Source: Fonticula alba ATCC 38817
Lineage: Eukaryota > Protista > Nucleariida
DNA: 31,434 bases
Assembly: GCA_000388065.2 (NCBI GenBank)
Contig: KB932204.1
Direction: 5' to 3' (one strand)
Part shown: positions 19,571-31,434 of the stretch, piece after piece
How the letters are laid out: every line of letters starts with the position of its first letter
Numbering within the stretch: position 1 is the stretch's first letter
Notes under the pieces: model-generated
Database searches by the model: none
Told to the model about the DNA's origin: nothing
What the model saw: only the letters and a program-made list of their open reading frames with translations
Translations under genes and position numbers: made by a program

Positions 19571-22500
19571 GCGATCCGGTGATGCCGAGGGCTTCGGACG
19601 CTTTGGTGGAGGGGCCATCCACCTGGCCGGGCCTCGGGCATGTGACACCTCCGACGAGGAGCCCAGCACGGCCGAGCCTTTGGGCGTCGGTAGCTCGGCC
19701 GATTGCTTCGTGTTCGCGGCGGCAATTGCCCCGGAGGGGGAGGTTTTGCTGCTTGGCTGTGATTCAAAACCCGGGGCCGTGTCTTCTTGCTCGATGAGCT
19801 GCCCGCATTTGCCCCACCCGGGGCCGGATATGCGGGCCTGGTCGCGTCGCGGCGTGAGAGCCCTTCGTGCGAGCGGCTTGACGCATGGTGCTCCACCGGG
19901 CACCGGCAAAGGCATGGGCCTTCCGCGGGTGTCTCCCACGGTGTGGATCTCTGTGTCGGTTCCGGTGACGCGACTGGACGCCGTGGGTCCGATGCACTCT
20001 TTCCGGCGCCGAGGCACCGTGCAATTTTGGGCACGGGCACATACCCCGCCGGCGAAGGCTCCGATCCCGGAGACCCTGCCGCGGCGTTTGTTGTCCGGGA
20101 TCCGCGTGTCCGGAGCCGGGGCACCGGCTGGCGAGGAAAGTGAGGATGATGAGGGCCTCGTGCGGCCGACCGATGCGGCCTCGCTGCTGGATCTCCTCCA
20201 GCAATTGGTTGCCTTCATCCAAGCGCGCGTGGAGTTCCTCCGGCGGCGTGCCGGGATGTGGAACTTACTGAATGCCGATTGGCTGGGTGATAGGAGGCCA
20301 CAGTCGGGCCACTTGCCGCATGGCATCTCCTCCGGGTTGGTGACCCTGCTGGCAAAGGCCCCGGGTGGTCGTGCACGTCCACCTCTGCGGGCACATGCTC
20401 CCTCACTGGGGCTTTTGTCCCCGATCCTGGACGAGACCCGACGCCTGGGCGGCCCTATTCCCCTGGGGCCGGATGGCGTGCCCGTGCTAAATCTTCCGGA
20501 CCTCTCGGAGGGCTCTTTCGCGGTTCTTGTGGCGTACGTGACGGCGCGTCGTTCGAAGCCATTTCACCTCTCTCTCTCTCTCTTGCCCTTTTCACATCCT
20601 CTGCACACATGCCGACACTCGTGCAACTTCCCGCTCTGATGCAATTGGATTTTTGGCAACCCGAAAACAGATTCACCCAGCTGGCGCACGGGCTCTTCCT
20701 GGATCCCGCTCCGCGGATTACACGCGAGGACTTTGATCGGTTCCTGCTCGCGGTGCCCCTACGCCGGCGTCAAACGGGCGACCTGTTGCTCCGGCATTTT
20801 GGCCTCGAGGGCGAGGCTGCTGTGAGACCGTCCAGCGTACTGCATGCTTCTCCGGCTCCGTCCACCTGCGAGGCCCCGGCCTGGGCCATGCGATGTCTCG
20901 ATGATATGGTTGGCGAATTGTCCCGGCCAAGCGAGGCGGGAGTTCCGGCCGTGCGCGCGGCCGCTGCCCAGGTGCCGGAAGCAAGGGGGAATCCTGTTCC
21001 GGAGGAGTCTTTCGTCCGGGGGCTCTTCCTGCGGGCCGAGCAGTTTCTTGGGCAATTCCCCGGGGCTCTGCGTGATGCGGCCCTGAGCGAGTCAGCCATC
21101 TGGCCTCTGGGCGAGGTCGACGGACCGGCATGTTACTTTGGGCGATTTGTCGGCCAGTCGCCTGAAAGTGGTCTTTGTCAATGCGAGGAGGTGTCTCGGC
21201 TGCCGGGGTTGTCGCTGGCTGGGCTCGCTCCCCGGCCGGATGCCACGCCGATGGATGACTTGCTGCTGTTTGCCTTTGACCGGTGGCTGCGTCCGGGCTT
21301 GCTGCAGCTGGCGCGCCTTTCCGGCCTGAGCCGGTGTCTGTGGTGCCATTTGGAGCTGGTACTGCACCAGCTCCGGGCGCTGGGCGAAAAGGCTCCCCCG
21401 ATGCCAAAGGCCCTCACTGTGCACATCCACCCGGAGGACTCCCCCGACGGCGGGGCACCCTTTGATCGGTACATCTTGAGAGGATTTCTTTCCCGCCAAT
21501 CCAACAGGCCATTTGATCTGACTCCGTGCCATCGCCGTGCTCTTGGGGAAGACTTTTGTTGTCGGCAATGGCTCCGGGACTGAGCCTGCATGTGGAGCTT
21601 CAGCCACGCGGTTCCGAGCATACCTGTGCGCCTGGCAATCATTTGCCCCTCCCTGACACACCTTGTGCCCCTCTTCCGACAGCCCATTTATGTGCCTTCA
21701 TCCAGCTCACGGGGCGTGTGACTGACGTCCTCGGTCTCGGGGTCCTTTGTGGTAGATGGGATGGCTTTGCCGGGGTCGATTCTCCAGGCGGTTCGACAGT
21801 TCCTCGCTACTGGTAGGCTGATGTTGCCGTTGGAAAATCTCCTGCCCGGGGATGTTGTCCTGGAGGCCGACTTGCCTGGGGAAATGGGCGCTCTTTTGGC
21901 AAGTGCGCGGCGTGTGTCGGTCGAGCATTTTCTCGGGGCATGGCTGCTGCTGTTGGCGGGAGCAGCGCGAGCGATGGCTTGCGACAGCTTGCTGGCCGTC
22001 TGCGACCGTATCTTGTCGGATTTCTGTGCGTCTGCCCTTCGAGGGGATGTATGCCGTTGATGTTTCCTTTTTTCTCTTCCACCTTCTTTGCTCTTACCTG
22101 CAACATGTCCTTGCTTTTTTCCACCCCATGTGCTTTTTTGTTGGCTCTCTCTCCCCGGCTCCTCTGTCAGGTACCGGGCCCGGGGATTCGCCGATTGCCG
22201 AGGCAGCAGCATTCATTCCGCTGCCGGACACCCGCCGTGCGTGTGTCGGCGCTCTTCCGGCGGCGGTGGCCTGGCAGGCGTTGCAGGGCGATTTGGCGGC
22301 GCCCCTGCTCCTGGGGGTGGGGGAATACCGCGAGGAGATGGACCGCCGGGAACGCATCGGTGCCGAGGCTTTGTCAATGTTGGAGGCCCGGCGACGTGTG
22401 GACCAGCTGGAAACACTGGCTTCGCGGGGGGATTTGTCGGTGGCCGACACAGCACGGGTGCGAAGCACCCTGCTTCGGGCCATCGGCATGCTGATCAGTG

Positions 22501-23693
22501 GTGGGCCCCAGCCACTGGACCGGGAGATCTTTGTCGAGGCCTTCTCCTTGGATGATGTCGGCACTCGCGGAGAGGATGTTTTCGGCATGGGGGCGCGCTT
22601 GCTGACCGAGAGTCGACGGGCGGGCGGGCGATCGGGGGATTTGGCCGCCCGACTACTGGCCCCATTGCCGCTCGTGGGAACACTTGAAGAGCGTGTGGCT
22701 GCGGCCACATGCCACCAGGGTCTCATTTTGCGGGATACCCTGGCCGCGTTGGACTCCCTTGGACAGTCGCCCATTTTGGCCGGGGGCGGATCCCGGCGCG
22801 TGCGGGCTGGCTCCGCACGCGAGGCCCATCGGCCGGCGCGCGAGGCGGATTCAACACCGGCCAAAGTGCCTCCCCTGTCGCGAGCGACTCCCCCGGTGGC
22901 AAGCCAGCCGGAGCAGGTCCCTGCCAGCCGGAGTACCTCGCAATCTCCCTCCCCTCCGCCGGCCGGTGACGTCATGCCGTCGGCCCCTGTGCAGCCTTTC
23001 AAGAAGCTGAGCCAACGTCAGCAAAAGCGCTTACAGGCTGAGGCTGCGGCGGTTGCGGCGGCATCCGGCCCATCAAGCACCCAGCTGGAGGCTCATACCG
23101 GGAGCGATATGGGCCGGCGTTCTCCATGGGCTGCTGCTTCGCGGCCGGAGCCCGGCCCCCGGGGAGTCCCGGTTGTTCAAGGCACCGCCGAGAGCCATGG
23201 GTCCCTGGAGCAGACCTTCCCCTCGCTGGATGCACGCTTGCCGGCTGCTCCCGCACGGTCGGTTCCCCGTCTGCGCTATTCGGCAAACCAAGTGGTCACC
23301 TTCGATGCGCGGGCGGTGCCGATGGCCGCCGCTGGGTCACATGCATGGGCTTCGACTTCGGCGAGCTCAACTTCCGCCTCCTCGGCGGTGTCCTCCTCGG
23401 CCGAGCAATCCCCGCGCATGGTCTCCAACCGTCAATTATTCCCGAGCCTTCAGGAGGCGATCAGTGGGGAGGGTCTGCCGGCGGGGTCCGGCCGGCGTGG
23501 CAGTGCATCGAGGGCGGGCCCGCGCCCGGGGCAGCCTCGTCAGGCTCCTCGGAGTCGGAAATCCCTGGATGATATTATGACCGAAGATCGTGCTCAGCAC
23601 GAACTCCGGCAGTTTTACATCTCCACCATGGAGGCCGGCTCGGGCGGGTATTACTCGATCACACAGCGGCCACCTGGGCAGGAGGAAGACTGA
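17685..23693 (+). CDS. IBTK: IBTK / fission-yeast Btb1-like protein (degenerate ankyrin + RCC1 repeats + BTB; putative CUL3 adaptor). Exons approx. 17685-18009, 18208-20533, 20671-~21560, 21756-22025, 22171-23693
   Basis: N-terminal CHALEVLAV and EHGHFVLG|AVLLRLG segments. RCC1 repeats (VQVAAGVRHSVFLSAEGAVFVCGSHGWGQLGLG; GVAAGSWHSVF; WACGRNVGQFG). BTB-like CHRRAL..F and LPGSILQAVRQFLATG. IBTK-type C-terminal KKLSQRQQKR, SPW and SLDDIMTEDRAQHELRQFY. Three of four introns verified in phase; the start codon and one donor are uncertain. Confidence 0.75.
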
Positions 23694-24193
23694 CGTTCGG
23701 TGGGCGGCCAGACACAGCCGACGGCGGCTCAGAGCGGCCGATGGCTGGCCCTGGATTTGATCCCGACTCCGTTGGTCCCCGCCCTGGCAATCGAGATCGG
23801 CAATCGGGGTTCCCCACTTTCCCGTTCTTCTTCCCTCCCTTTCTGACAGGCGGCCAGTGGATGGTCAGGAGTGTCGGGCCGCTGAAATAGACTAGACACA
23901 GCAACCCCCTTCTCAGCGGGAACAACAGCATAAAAGCCACCCGGGGGGAGGGGCTTGCTCACATGAACCACAGTCTATATATGGGAGGGGAGGAGGGGGG
24001 AAAGAGGGGGGGGAGGGGGGGGGAGAAGGGGGGCGCTGATGCGCGAAAAATCTACAGGATGCATGGGCAACAGGGGAAACGTCATGGCCAGCAAGAGGAA
24101 GAGGAGGATACAATTACAAGGGAGAAGGGCAGAGCGGTGGTGTCCCCAGGAAGAGGACCGGATGCGAGCCAGGCTCGGGTGTTGCCTGTGTGC

Positions 24194-24230
<37 letters not shown>

Positions 24231-24244
24231 CACATGTGCGTTGC

Positions 24245-27200
24245 TTATACGGCCATATCGCCGAGAGATTGGGCAGCGGGGTCAGCTCCGACGGCCCCAT
24301 TGCCAGCTGGACTCGCGCCTGGCTGCCGATGAGGGTGGTGGTGGGGATGATGGACGTGGGGATGGGAAGGGTAGGCATGGTGGGGATGCTGGGCATGGTG
24401 GGGGCCGGGGGAGCGGGTTAAGGTCGTGCTAGCAGGCGCCAGCGAATGGTGCTGGTGTTGATGGTGCTGCTGCTGCTGCTGCTGTGGAGGATGCTGATGC
24501 GACAGCGGCGGGAGGGCGGTCAAGTGACCCCCAATGCTGCCAGCAGTGGCACCGATGGCCGCCGACTGTGAGTACGATAGGCTTGCGGGGGCCGGGGCAT
24601 AGGACCCGCCCACTGGGCTCCCACCACCAGGACCGGACTGCTGCTGCCCCGGGGAAGGGGCCATATGGCCAAAGTGGAGGGGAAGGTGATGCGGGTGCCC
24701 GGCGAAAGCAAAGATGTGCGGATGATGGAGCGAGGCATTGCCGATCGGCGCGCCGGAAACCCCGGTCGGGACCACATGCGAGCGGAGGTGGCCACCTGGC
24801 AGGCCGAGAGGGCCAACTTGCTGCAGGTGATGTAGATGGTGGTGATGCATGTGCGGATGATGGGACCCCAGAACCGCCATCGGGCCATGGCCAATAGGCA
24901 ACAAAACATGGGACGGCCCGCCCGGAGGGGGAACCGACACCATATGTGTGCCACCCGGACTGAGGCCACCAGCGCCATTGCTGCCCACGGGCGACGAGCC
25001 GCCAGGGGCCTGAGAGGATACCGCTTGCTGGCCGGCCGCGGCAGCGGCCATAGCCGCCGCAAATGCCTGGGAATATTGCATGTGCATGTGGGGGAGATGC
25101 ATCCCGGTCCCATTGGGGGCATATGTCTGGTCATGGGGGCTAGTTGATCCGTTGGTCATGGAAATGGAAGGGCCACCTTGAGAAGCGGCTGTAGTTGCGG
25201 CGGCGGCAGCGGCGGCGGCGGCGGCAGCAGCCATGGCGGCCGAGGGGGGAGCCCCGGCCGACGGAGAGGGCGCGCTTACCGGGGACAGGGGCCGACCCCA
25301 CATGTGGCTGTTGAAGGAGGGATCGCTGCCAGTGGTGGCGGCAGCGGCCGCGGCCGCGGCCGCAGCCGCAGCGGCAAGCATCTCCGGACTGGCTTTCATG
25401 AACTGTTGTGAGGCCAGGAGGCCAAGCAGGAAGTCCGAAGAATATGTCGGAATCGGGCCCTACACGACGCTCTTCCGATCTGCAGCGGCCGCGGCCGCGG
25501 CCGCAGCCGCAGCGGCAAGCATCTCCGGACTGGCTTTCATGAACTGTTGTGAGGCCAGGAGGCCAAGCAGGAAGTCCGAAGAATATGTCGGAATCGGGGC
25601 CGAATCGACCGGGGCAATGCCGGGGGCAGGAGAAAGGGGCACCGAGGTGGCTGCTGGAGGCCCATCCTGGACGACTGGCACGGGGTTGCCTCCCGAACTG
25701 AGGGAAGAGGCCGAAGCAGTCGAGGCAGTCAGACCGGATGCCGAGCCTGGACTCGGACTCGAGCCCGAGCCCGAGGCGGCGGTCTGTGCCAAAGATGGCC
25801 CCGGAGCCGCGGCAGCACTCGAAGAGATCGGAAGAGCACACGTCACCGAGGTGGCTGCTGGAGGCCCATCCTGGACGACTGGCACGGGGTTGCCTCCCGA
25901 ACTGAGGGAAGAGGCCGAAGCAGTCGAGGCAGTCAGACCGGATGCCGAGCCTGGACTCGGACTCGAGCCCGAGCCCGAGGCGGCGGTCTGTGCCAAAGAT
26001 GGCCCCGGAGCCGCGGCAGCACTCGAAGTTGAGGCCTGCTCCGGGGAGGAGGACGGAGCCGGATGGGGAGCAGGACCAGGAGCTACGCCAAGAGCAGGAG
26101 TGGGGGTGGAGGAGGAGGAGGAGGAGGAGGAGGAAGAGGAGGAGGTCTGGGATGGAGCCACGGGCATGGGTGTGGGGCCAGAGGCGGAGGTCGTGGCCGA
26201 GACCGAGGAAGAAGGAGCAACCGGAGCAGCCGAGGTTGCGGCACTGGACGAGTGTACTGGGGGAGATGGTCCATGGCCGCGTGAGGCAGGGTCCTCATCG
26301 ACGACATTGCACATCCAGATCCGGGTCTTGTAAACCTTGAAAAGCTCGCGCACGAGATCACGGAAGTCAATTCGACGCTCGGCAATGAAGTAGTATGTCA
26401 GCTTCTTCCGGTCCCACTGGTACTCAGCATTGACCACCTCCATGGGGAGTTTGCGCGCGCGGCACTTGGCCTGGCACAGCATCAGGGCCTTCTGCTCGTC
26501 GGAGGTCTTCTGAGCCAGCTGCTCGGCCTCACTGGGCTGCGCCAGCCGGCAGATGGGCTTGAGCGAGACATCCGGCACTTCGGATCGGGGGAGGCGCTCG
26601 ACAATGCGGCCAAGGTCACACCCGCGATCGGCCTCCACCAAAACCAGATCATCCTTCTGGTAGTGGGGGGTCGTCAGGGTGCCATTGGTGTTGGCGTTGT
26701 TTTGCTGCATCATTTGCAGGAGATTCGCCTGGGCCTGCTGCTGTTGATGCTGGCGAACCGCCTCACCGCGGAGGAATGGCCGCGACCCGGAGAGAAGATC
26801 CGCCGAGTAGGTCAAGCCAATGTTGGATTTGGTTGAGAAGAAGAGGGCCGATCGACCGGACTTGAACTCCACCCGGTAGAACTCCGTATCAGCTGGAAGG
26901 CTACCCAGGGAAAGAGACCCGGCATTGGGGCCAGAGCTGACATGGTGCGGGCCGCCGCCGCCGCCGCCGCCGCCGCCGGTCGGTTGCGAGGGGACCGGTG
27001 CCGAGCCAAAGGACCCTCCCTGGGAGGTGTTGTCTTTTTGGAGATCATCGGCATCGGCCTTGTCCTGATACGGGGGGAGGCTCTCCTCTTCGGAGAAGGC
27101 CGGCTCGGGGGAGGGCCGCTCATGGCCGGCTATGGGCGCATCCATGAAGGGGAAGGGGGTCGCAGACGGTGATAAAAAAAGAAAAAAAGAAAAAAAGGAC

Positions 27201-29424
27201 GGGAGGAGTTAGCACGAAAAATGAAGCACCTCAGGAAGGGAGGGAGGGAAGGATTGGGCATTTGCAAGGCGAGATACATACCAGACACACGGGGGAACCT
27301 GGGAGAACGGAATTTGGCCCGCGCATCGTCGGGCGAGGGCTGAGGAGCAAAAGAGAAAGGAGCACATGTGAGTATTGGATGTGAGGCGAACAGCAGGGCT
27401 GGGATATAAATGCATGAACATATATGTGCCTGCGCGTGCATGTGGGAGGGGGATATGATGGCTTGGCCGGCGCGTACCGAGAAGGCTGGGGAGGGAGAGG
27501 CGGGCTGCTGCTTGACTGGCGGGGCTTCGGCCAGGGTCTCGGTGCTCGGGCCGGCGGAGGCAGCCGAGGCGGGTTGTGCCTGAGATGATCGGGCCGCGGC
27601 GGTGGCAACGGCAGCGGGAGCGGGAGTGGTAGCAATGGATTTTGCTACTTTAAGTGTATGTACAGCCTGGGACGGTGGCGGGATCGCGATGAAGAAGGGA
27701 TCGGACGGCATGTGGTTCGGGTGGTGGGGGTGGAATTGCCCGGCGGCCTGGTGCGAGGAACCCGACGAGGAGGATGGCGGATGGCTGGCCAGGGCATTGC
27801 GAGCCGAGGCACTCTGGGCCAGAAGTGGCGCATCGCTGGAGCTCCGGCTCCGACCGGTGGCCGGGATGTCTGTGCTTTCGGCAAAGAGGGCCAAATCCGT
27901 GGAATAGCTTGACACCAGGGCCGACCCGCCGCCGGCGCTGCTGCTGGCACTCCCCGCTCCGGGGATGGTCAAGTCAAGCACAGCATCCAGGTCGTCGTCG
28001 TCGTCGGTGGTGGTGCACCGGAAGGAGGTGGGCAGGGGGCTGGAGTCGGACATGGAGGATGTCGAGGGGAAGTGCATGGGCTCCTGTTGAAGGGCGGGAA
28101 TGACGCCAGGCCCGGACGCACCCGGACCAGCTCCGGGGAGGAAAATGCGCCGAATGGAGAAGACGTCGCCGAAGGAGTTGGCCGGGTGCCGGGCGCCAGA
28201 GCCAAGAAGGGCATGCTCACCTGGCATGGCCGACGCGGCAATGGCCAGTGGCGGCGAGTGCTGACTCTGCGATTGTGGCGGAGCAAAAGCACCCATCGCC
28301 TGGCCTGCAGTCGAGGAGGAGTCGCCATTTGGCCCGAGGGCCAGACGATGGTGCAAAGTCTCCGAGAGAGAATGAACAGCCGCCGAGGCATTCATGGGCG
28401 AGATGCCGCGTCCTGCGCTGTTGCTGCCGTTGCTGCTGCTGTTGTTGCTGCTGCTGTTGCCGGCACCGGGGGGATTGGATCCATGCAGGCCGCTGGATTC
28501 GCCGGGGAAGTCGCCAAAGTGGCCGACCGGCGGCAGGCGAAGGGCTCCCCCTGGCGACCGGGAAAAGGCACCACCAGAGGGCTCTCCATCGGACAGGGTG
28601 CCGGCGAGATCCGATTGTTCAAGACCCGGGATCGGGACACCGGCACCGGGCCCGGTGCCGACACCGGCTCCAGGGCCCGAGGCAGATTCCGAGTAGGTGA
28701 AAAAGGCCGCTTCCGCAGCCACGAGGAGACTGTCCGAACTGAGGGAGTCATCGGAAACAGGGGCATTGGCCGAGGGGGGAGCATTGGGGCCGCTGACAGT
28801 CCCATCAGAAGGAGGGGTGCCAGCAAAATGTGCGGCCCCGGTGCCCGATCCGGAGGAGAAAGTGGGGGGGAAAGCCCAGTGATGATGGTCAATCCCGATG
28901 GAGTAGCGCCTGCAGGCGGAGCAGCAGAAGGATAAGAGGGGATGGGGGAGGGCGGAGGGTGCAGGGAAAAAAAAAGCCCAAGCGACAGAGGGAGGAAAGG
29001 GGAGACGGGGAGTTGGAGTCTTGGTTAGAGGGTGATGTTGGTTTGGGGATTGCCCGAGACGGGGGGAGGGGCTAAGTACCTGCCGGTAGCTGGATCGGCG
29101 CCGGGGAGAGGACAGGCAGCCGGCGAGCCGACATCATGCTGGGGAGGGGCCACTGAGAAGCCCAAGTAGAAGGAGGGAGCCGAGGAAGACAGAGGGAGAA
29201 CAAATAGAGGATTAGGACATGGAGCCAGAGATGGAGAGAGAGAGAGAGAGAGAAAGAGGCGGATCTCGCATGCATGAGAGGGGCCAGGGATTTTGGGCAA
29301 GACAAACGCACGCTGACAGGAAGAGCACCCGGCAGCAGCATCGGACGAAGTTGGCGGGATGGATGAGCTGGAGAGGTGGAAGGGGCGCGAGTTTTGTTAG
29401 GGAGGCCTGATGGGGCACATGGGG

Positions 29425-29509
<85 letters not shown>

Positions 29510-30194
29510 AAAGAGGGACGGGGCAACGAGGCGAGGCAAGGACGCACTGAGGATGAGTGCCAGCCATCGGAACAGGGAAGAAGACGCCGCCAGTCGGCGG
29601 GGTGGAGCTGTCGGACCCGGGCCCAGAGCCGGCGGTCATGTAACTTCCGGCCGCGGCGAAGGGGAAAAAGTGCCCGGCGGTATTCATCGGCGCGCGACCA
29701 TCCATGTTTGGGTAATTGGATGACAGCGAAACAGATGGAAACCCCAGGTTCGGGGCCGAGGCCCGACGGCCGAGGCTTCCCACGGGAAATCCGGCGCCGA
29801 GGGAGTAGCCGGACCCTGAGGCGGCCGCCGCAGTAGAAGCGGAGGAAGCGGCTGTGGTGGAATCGCCGTTGGAAATGGCCCCGCCATTGGCGGAGGGACG
29901 AGGGCCAGGTGCGTGGGGGGAATTCGGCCCAAGTGAGTGTGGGGCCAGCTGCGACAGAGGCTGATCGGAGACGGGCGTTTCTGTGACGGCCAAGTGGGAT
30001 ACACGTTAGACAGGATGGCGAGGCGAAGAGGGGAGAGGCAGGGGAGGTCGGTGGCTGGCACACGCACCGCCACTGGTGGAGATGGAGATGCGATTGGGCT
30101 TGAGACGGTCGAAGTCCTCCGGCAGGGCTGGGGTCCAGCTGGGCCGGCGACCGAGCGCGGTGGCGCGATGGGTGTGAAAGACATCCGGAGTCAT
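24245..30194 (-). CDS. PSP1: PSP1 C-terminal domain protein (PSP1/YaaT-RicT family) with long disordered regions. Exons approx. 30194-30068, 29980-29548, 29367-29312, 29152-29080, 28909-27478, 27339-27282, 27129-24245 (the last includes 345 bp of artefact)
   Basis: FYRVEFKSGRSALFF, then YQKDDLVLVEADRGCDLGRIV...KPICRLAQPSE...DEQKALMLCQAKCRARKLPMEVVNAEYQWDRKKLTYYFIAERRIDFRDLVRELFKVYKTRIWMC, the PSP1-C signature. Six GT-AG introns join in compatible phases. The frame is continuous to TAA at 24247-24245 once the adapter-flanked duplication is removed. Confidence 0.85.
25458..25481 (+). other. Illumina TruSeq Read-1 adapter remnant
   Basis: CCCTACACGACGCTCTTCCGATCT, the 3' 24 nt of ACACTCTTTCCCTACACGACGCTCTTCCGATCT. 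Confidence 0.97.
25825..25844 (+). other. Illumina TruSeq index-side adapter remnant
   Basis: AGATCGGAAGAGCACACGTC, an exact 20-nt match to the start of the adapter. Confidence 0.97.
29426..29508. repeat. G83 homopolymer (poly-C in the PSP1 pre-mRNA, intron 2)
   Basis: Directly visible. Confidence 0.9.
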
Positions 30195-30413
30195 TGACAG
30201 GGCCGGCTGAGCGGTGGACGAGTAGAGCTCTGGATTCGGGGCAGATTGGGGGAGACGCAGGATGATGGTCAGTCAACTGACGGGGAGATGACCGAGCGGG
30301 AGGTGGCGAGCGCAAGGGGGGAGGAGGGGGGGGGGACAAGTGAATTGAGAAGAGGGGAAAAGAGGTATGAAGGGCCGGGAGCAACGGCGCACCAGTGCCA
30401 CTGGATGCCGAGG

Positions 30414-30444
<31 letters not shown>

Positions 30445-31434
30445 AAAGGAGCGTGGGCTGGCTGGATCGGGGTCCACCGACCGGGGAAGGGAACCAGGGC
30501 CAGGCATCACAGTGCGCCGGCCTGAGGGGTGAGAGGGCGAGGATAGGGGGGAGCCGGGCGATCTGTGCCGCTGCTGGGGCAGGGCTTCGCGGGGGGGGGA
30601 TAGAGAGAGGGGGGAGAAAGGGGAGGAGGGGAGAGAGAGGAGGACTCCTCAACCGGGTGCGTTCACACCGGACCGGCGGAGATAGCAGCGGCGATGGGGG
30701 GAAGATGGGAGGAGGGAGAGGGGGGGGGGGGGGCGGGGGGGGGGAGGGCGCAACGGCGACGACAGTGCAATGGCGGCGGCGATGGCCAGGAGGAAGGGTG
30801 GGGGGGGGCGGGGTGGAGCGGTAGGGGGAAGGAAAGGCAGGGAGGCAAGGAGACAGGGGGAAAGAAGGCGTCGGGAGAGCGGGAGGGAGTGTTGGGTGAC
30901 GCAACGACGAAGAGCCGTCAGGTATTCGAGGAGGGGTGCCGAAAAGGGTGCCCCCGATGTTTCCCAAGTCTCCGTTCGTGGGGCAGCCTCTCCGGCGGTT
31001 GTTGGATGGATGGATGGAAAACCGTTCCAACGGTGGGAAGCGGGGGCGGGCGGGGGAGAGAGAGCCTATTCGCTTTCGCGGCCAAGCGTCCCCCGGCTCC
31101 CGGGCTCGGGACACGAAGACGGAACGGTCGGGGCCTCAACTTGAGACTGAGGCGGGAGGGGGGGCCTTCTCTTCCTGCCTTCCCCCGGCCCTCCGGGCGC
31201 CCCTCCCCCCCCCCCCGGCACCGCCCGTCCCTGAAAGCAGGGGCGTATGAGTGTAGGCTGTGTGCGGGTGGGGGGGGGGGGGGCGGGGGGCGAAATAACG
31301 AACGACAAGCGGGTGAAAATAAACAAACATCGCCCAACGAATGCCACGTATCTCCTCGCCCGGGACTTTCGCGGGGCTCTGCAGAGACATCCGGGACCGG
31401 GGGGACAACCACCGGCGGCCAAGACGCGTCCCCC

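Larger units (their letters stand above)
25341..26028. repeat. Two exact direct duplications (25341-25457 = 25482-25598, 117 bp; 25641-25824 = 25845-26028, 184 bp), each split by an adapter; assembly artefact
   Basis: Identical copies at offsets 141 and 204, with adapter sequence exactly at both junctions. Confidence 0.93.

Noticed and set aside
21581-21583. Selenocysteine or read-through at the TGA in the IBTK-like gene
   Set aside because: The downstream sequence has intron features (pyrimidine tract, branch point, acceptor), and no SECIS was recognised; splicing is the simpler explanation.
25341-26028. Biological tandem repeat or internal domain duplication in PSP1
   Set aside because: The copies are 100% identical and both junctions are Illumina adapter sequence.
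30200-31434. ORFs upstream of PSP1 (e.g. 30269-31114, 30246-30824)
   Set aside because: G/C-run-dominated low-complexity translations with no domain; likely 5' UTR or promoter.
1-31434. CRISPR arrays, tRNA/rRNA genes, transposases or retroelement ORFs, prophage
   Set aside because: No repeat-spacer periodicity, cloverleaf, rRNA-like segment, or RT/integrase/transposase motif was seen.

Overview
GC-rich, intron-containing eukaryotic DNA, not prokaryotic. Donors are GTRYGT-type (GTGCGT/GTACGT/GTATGC), branch points are CTAAC/CTGAC, and introns are full of (CT)n, (GT)n and homopolymer tracts. The gene content is opisthokont-like and the style resembles a unicellular opisthokont such as Fonticula; this is an unverified impression. 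I reconstructed spliced gene models by hand. In order: (1) last exon of a PH-domain protein (+); (2) a 4-exon TEAD/Scalloped transcription factor with both TEA and YAP-binding domains (-); (3) a 4.6-kb divergent intergenic region rich in TEAD-type CATTCC motifs; (4) a hidden 87-aa, 52% histidine microprotein ending in CCVII (CaaX), whose first coding exon is only ATG and which is absent from the ORF track (+); (5) a D-cysteine desulfhydrase/ACC-deaminase-family PLP enzyme (-); (6) mitochondrial ATP synthase subunit d (+); (7) a small putative membrane protein (+); (8) an IBTK/Btb1-like ankyrin-RCC1-BTB protein (+); (9) a PSP1-C domain protein (-). The PSP1 coding region contains two Illumina adapter remnants and an artefactual 345-bp duplication. 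No tRNA, rRNA, CRISPR array or transposon was recognised. Most ORFs in the supplied track are antisense or off-frame shadows, or microsatellite translations.
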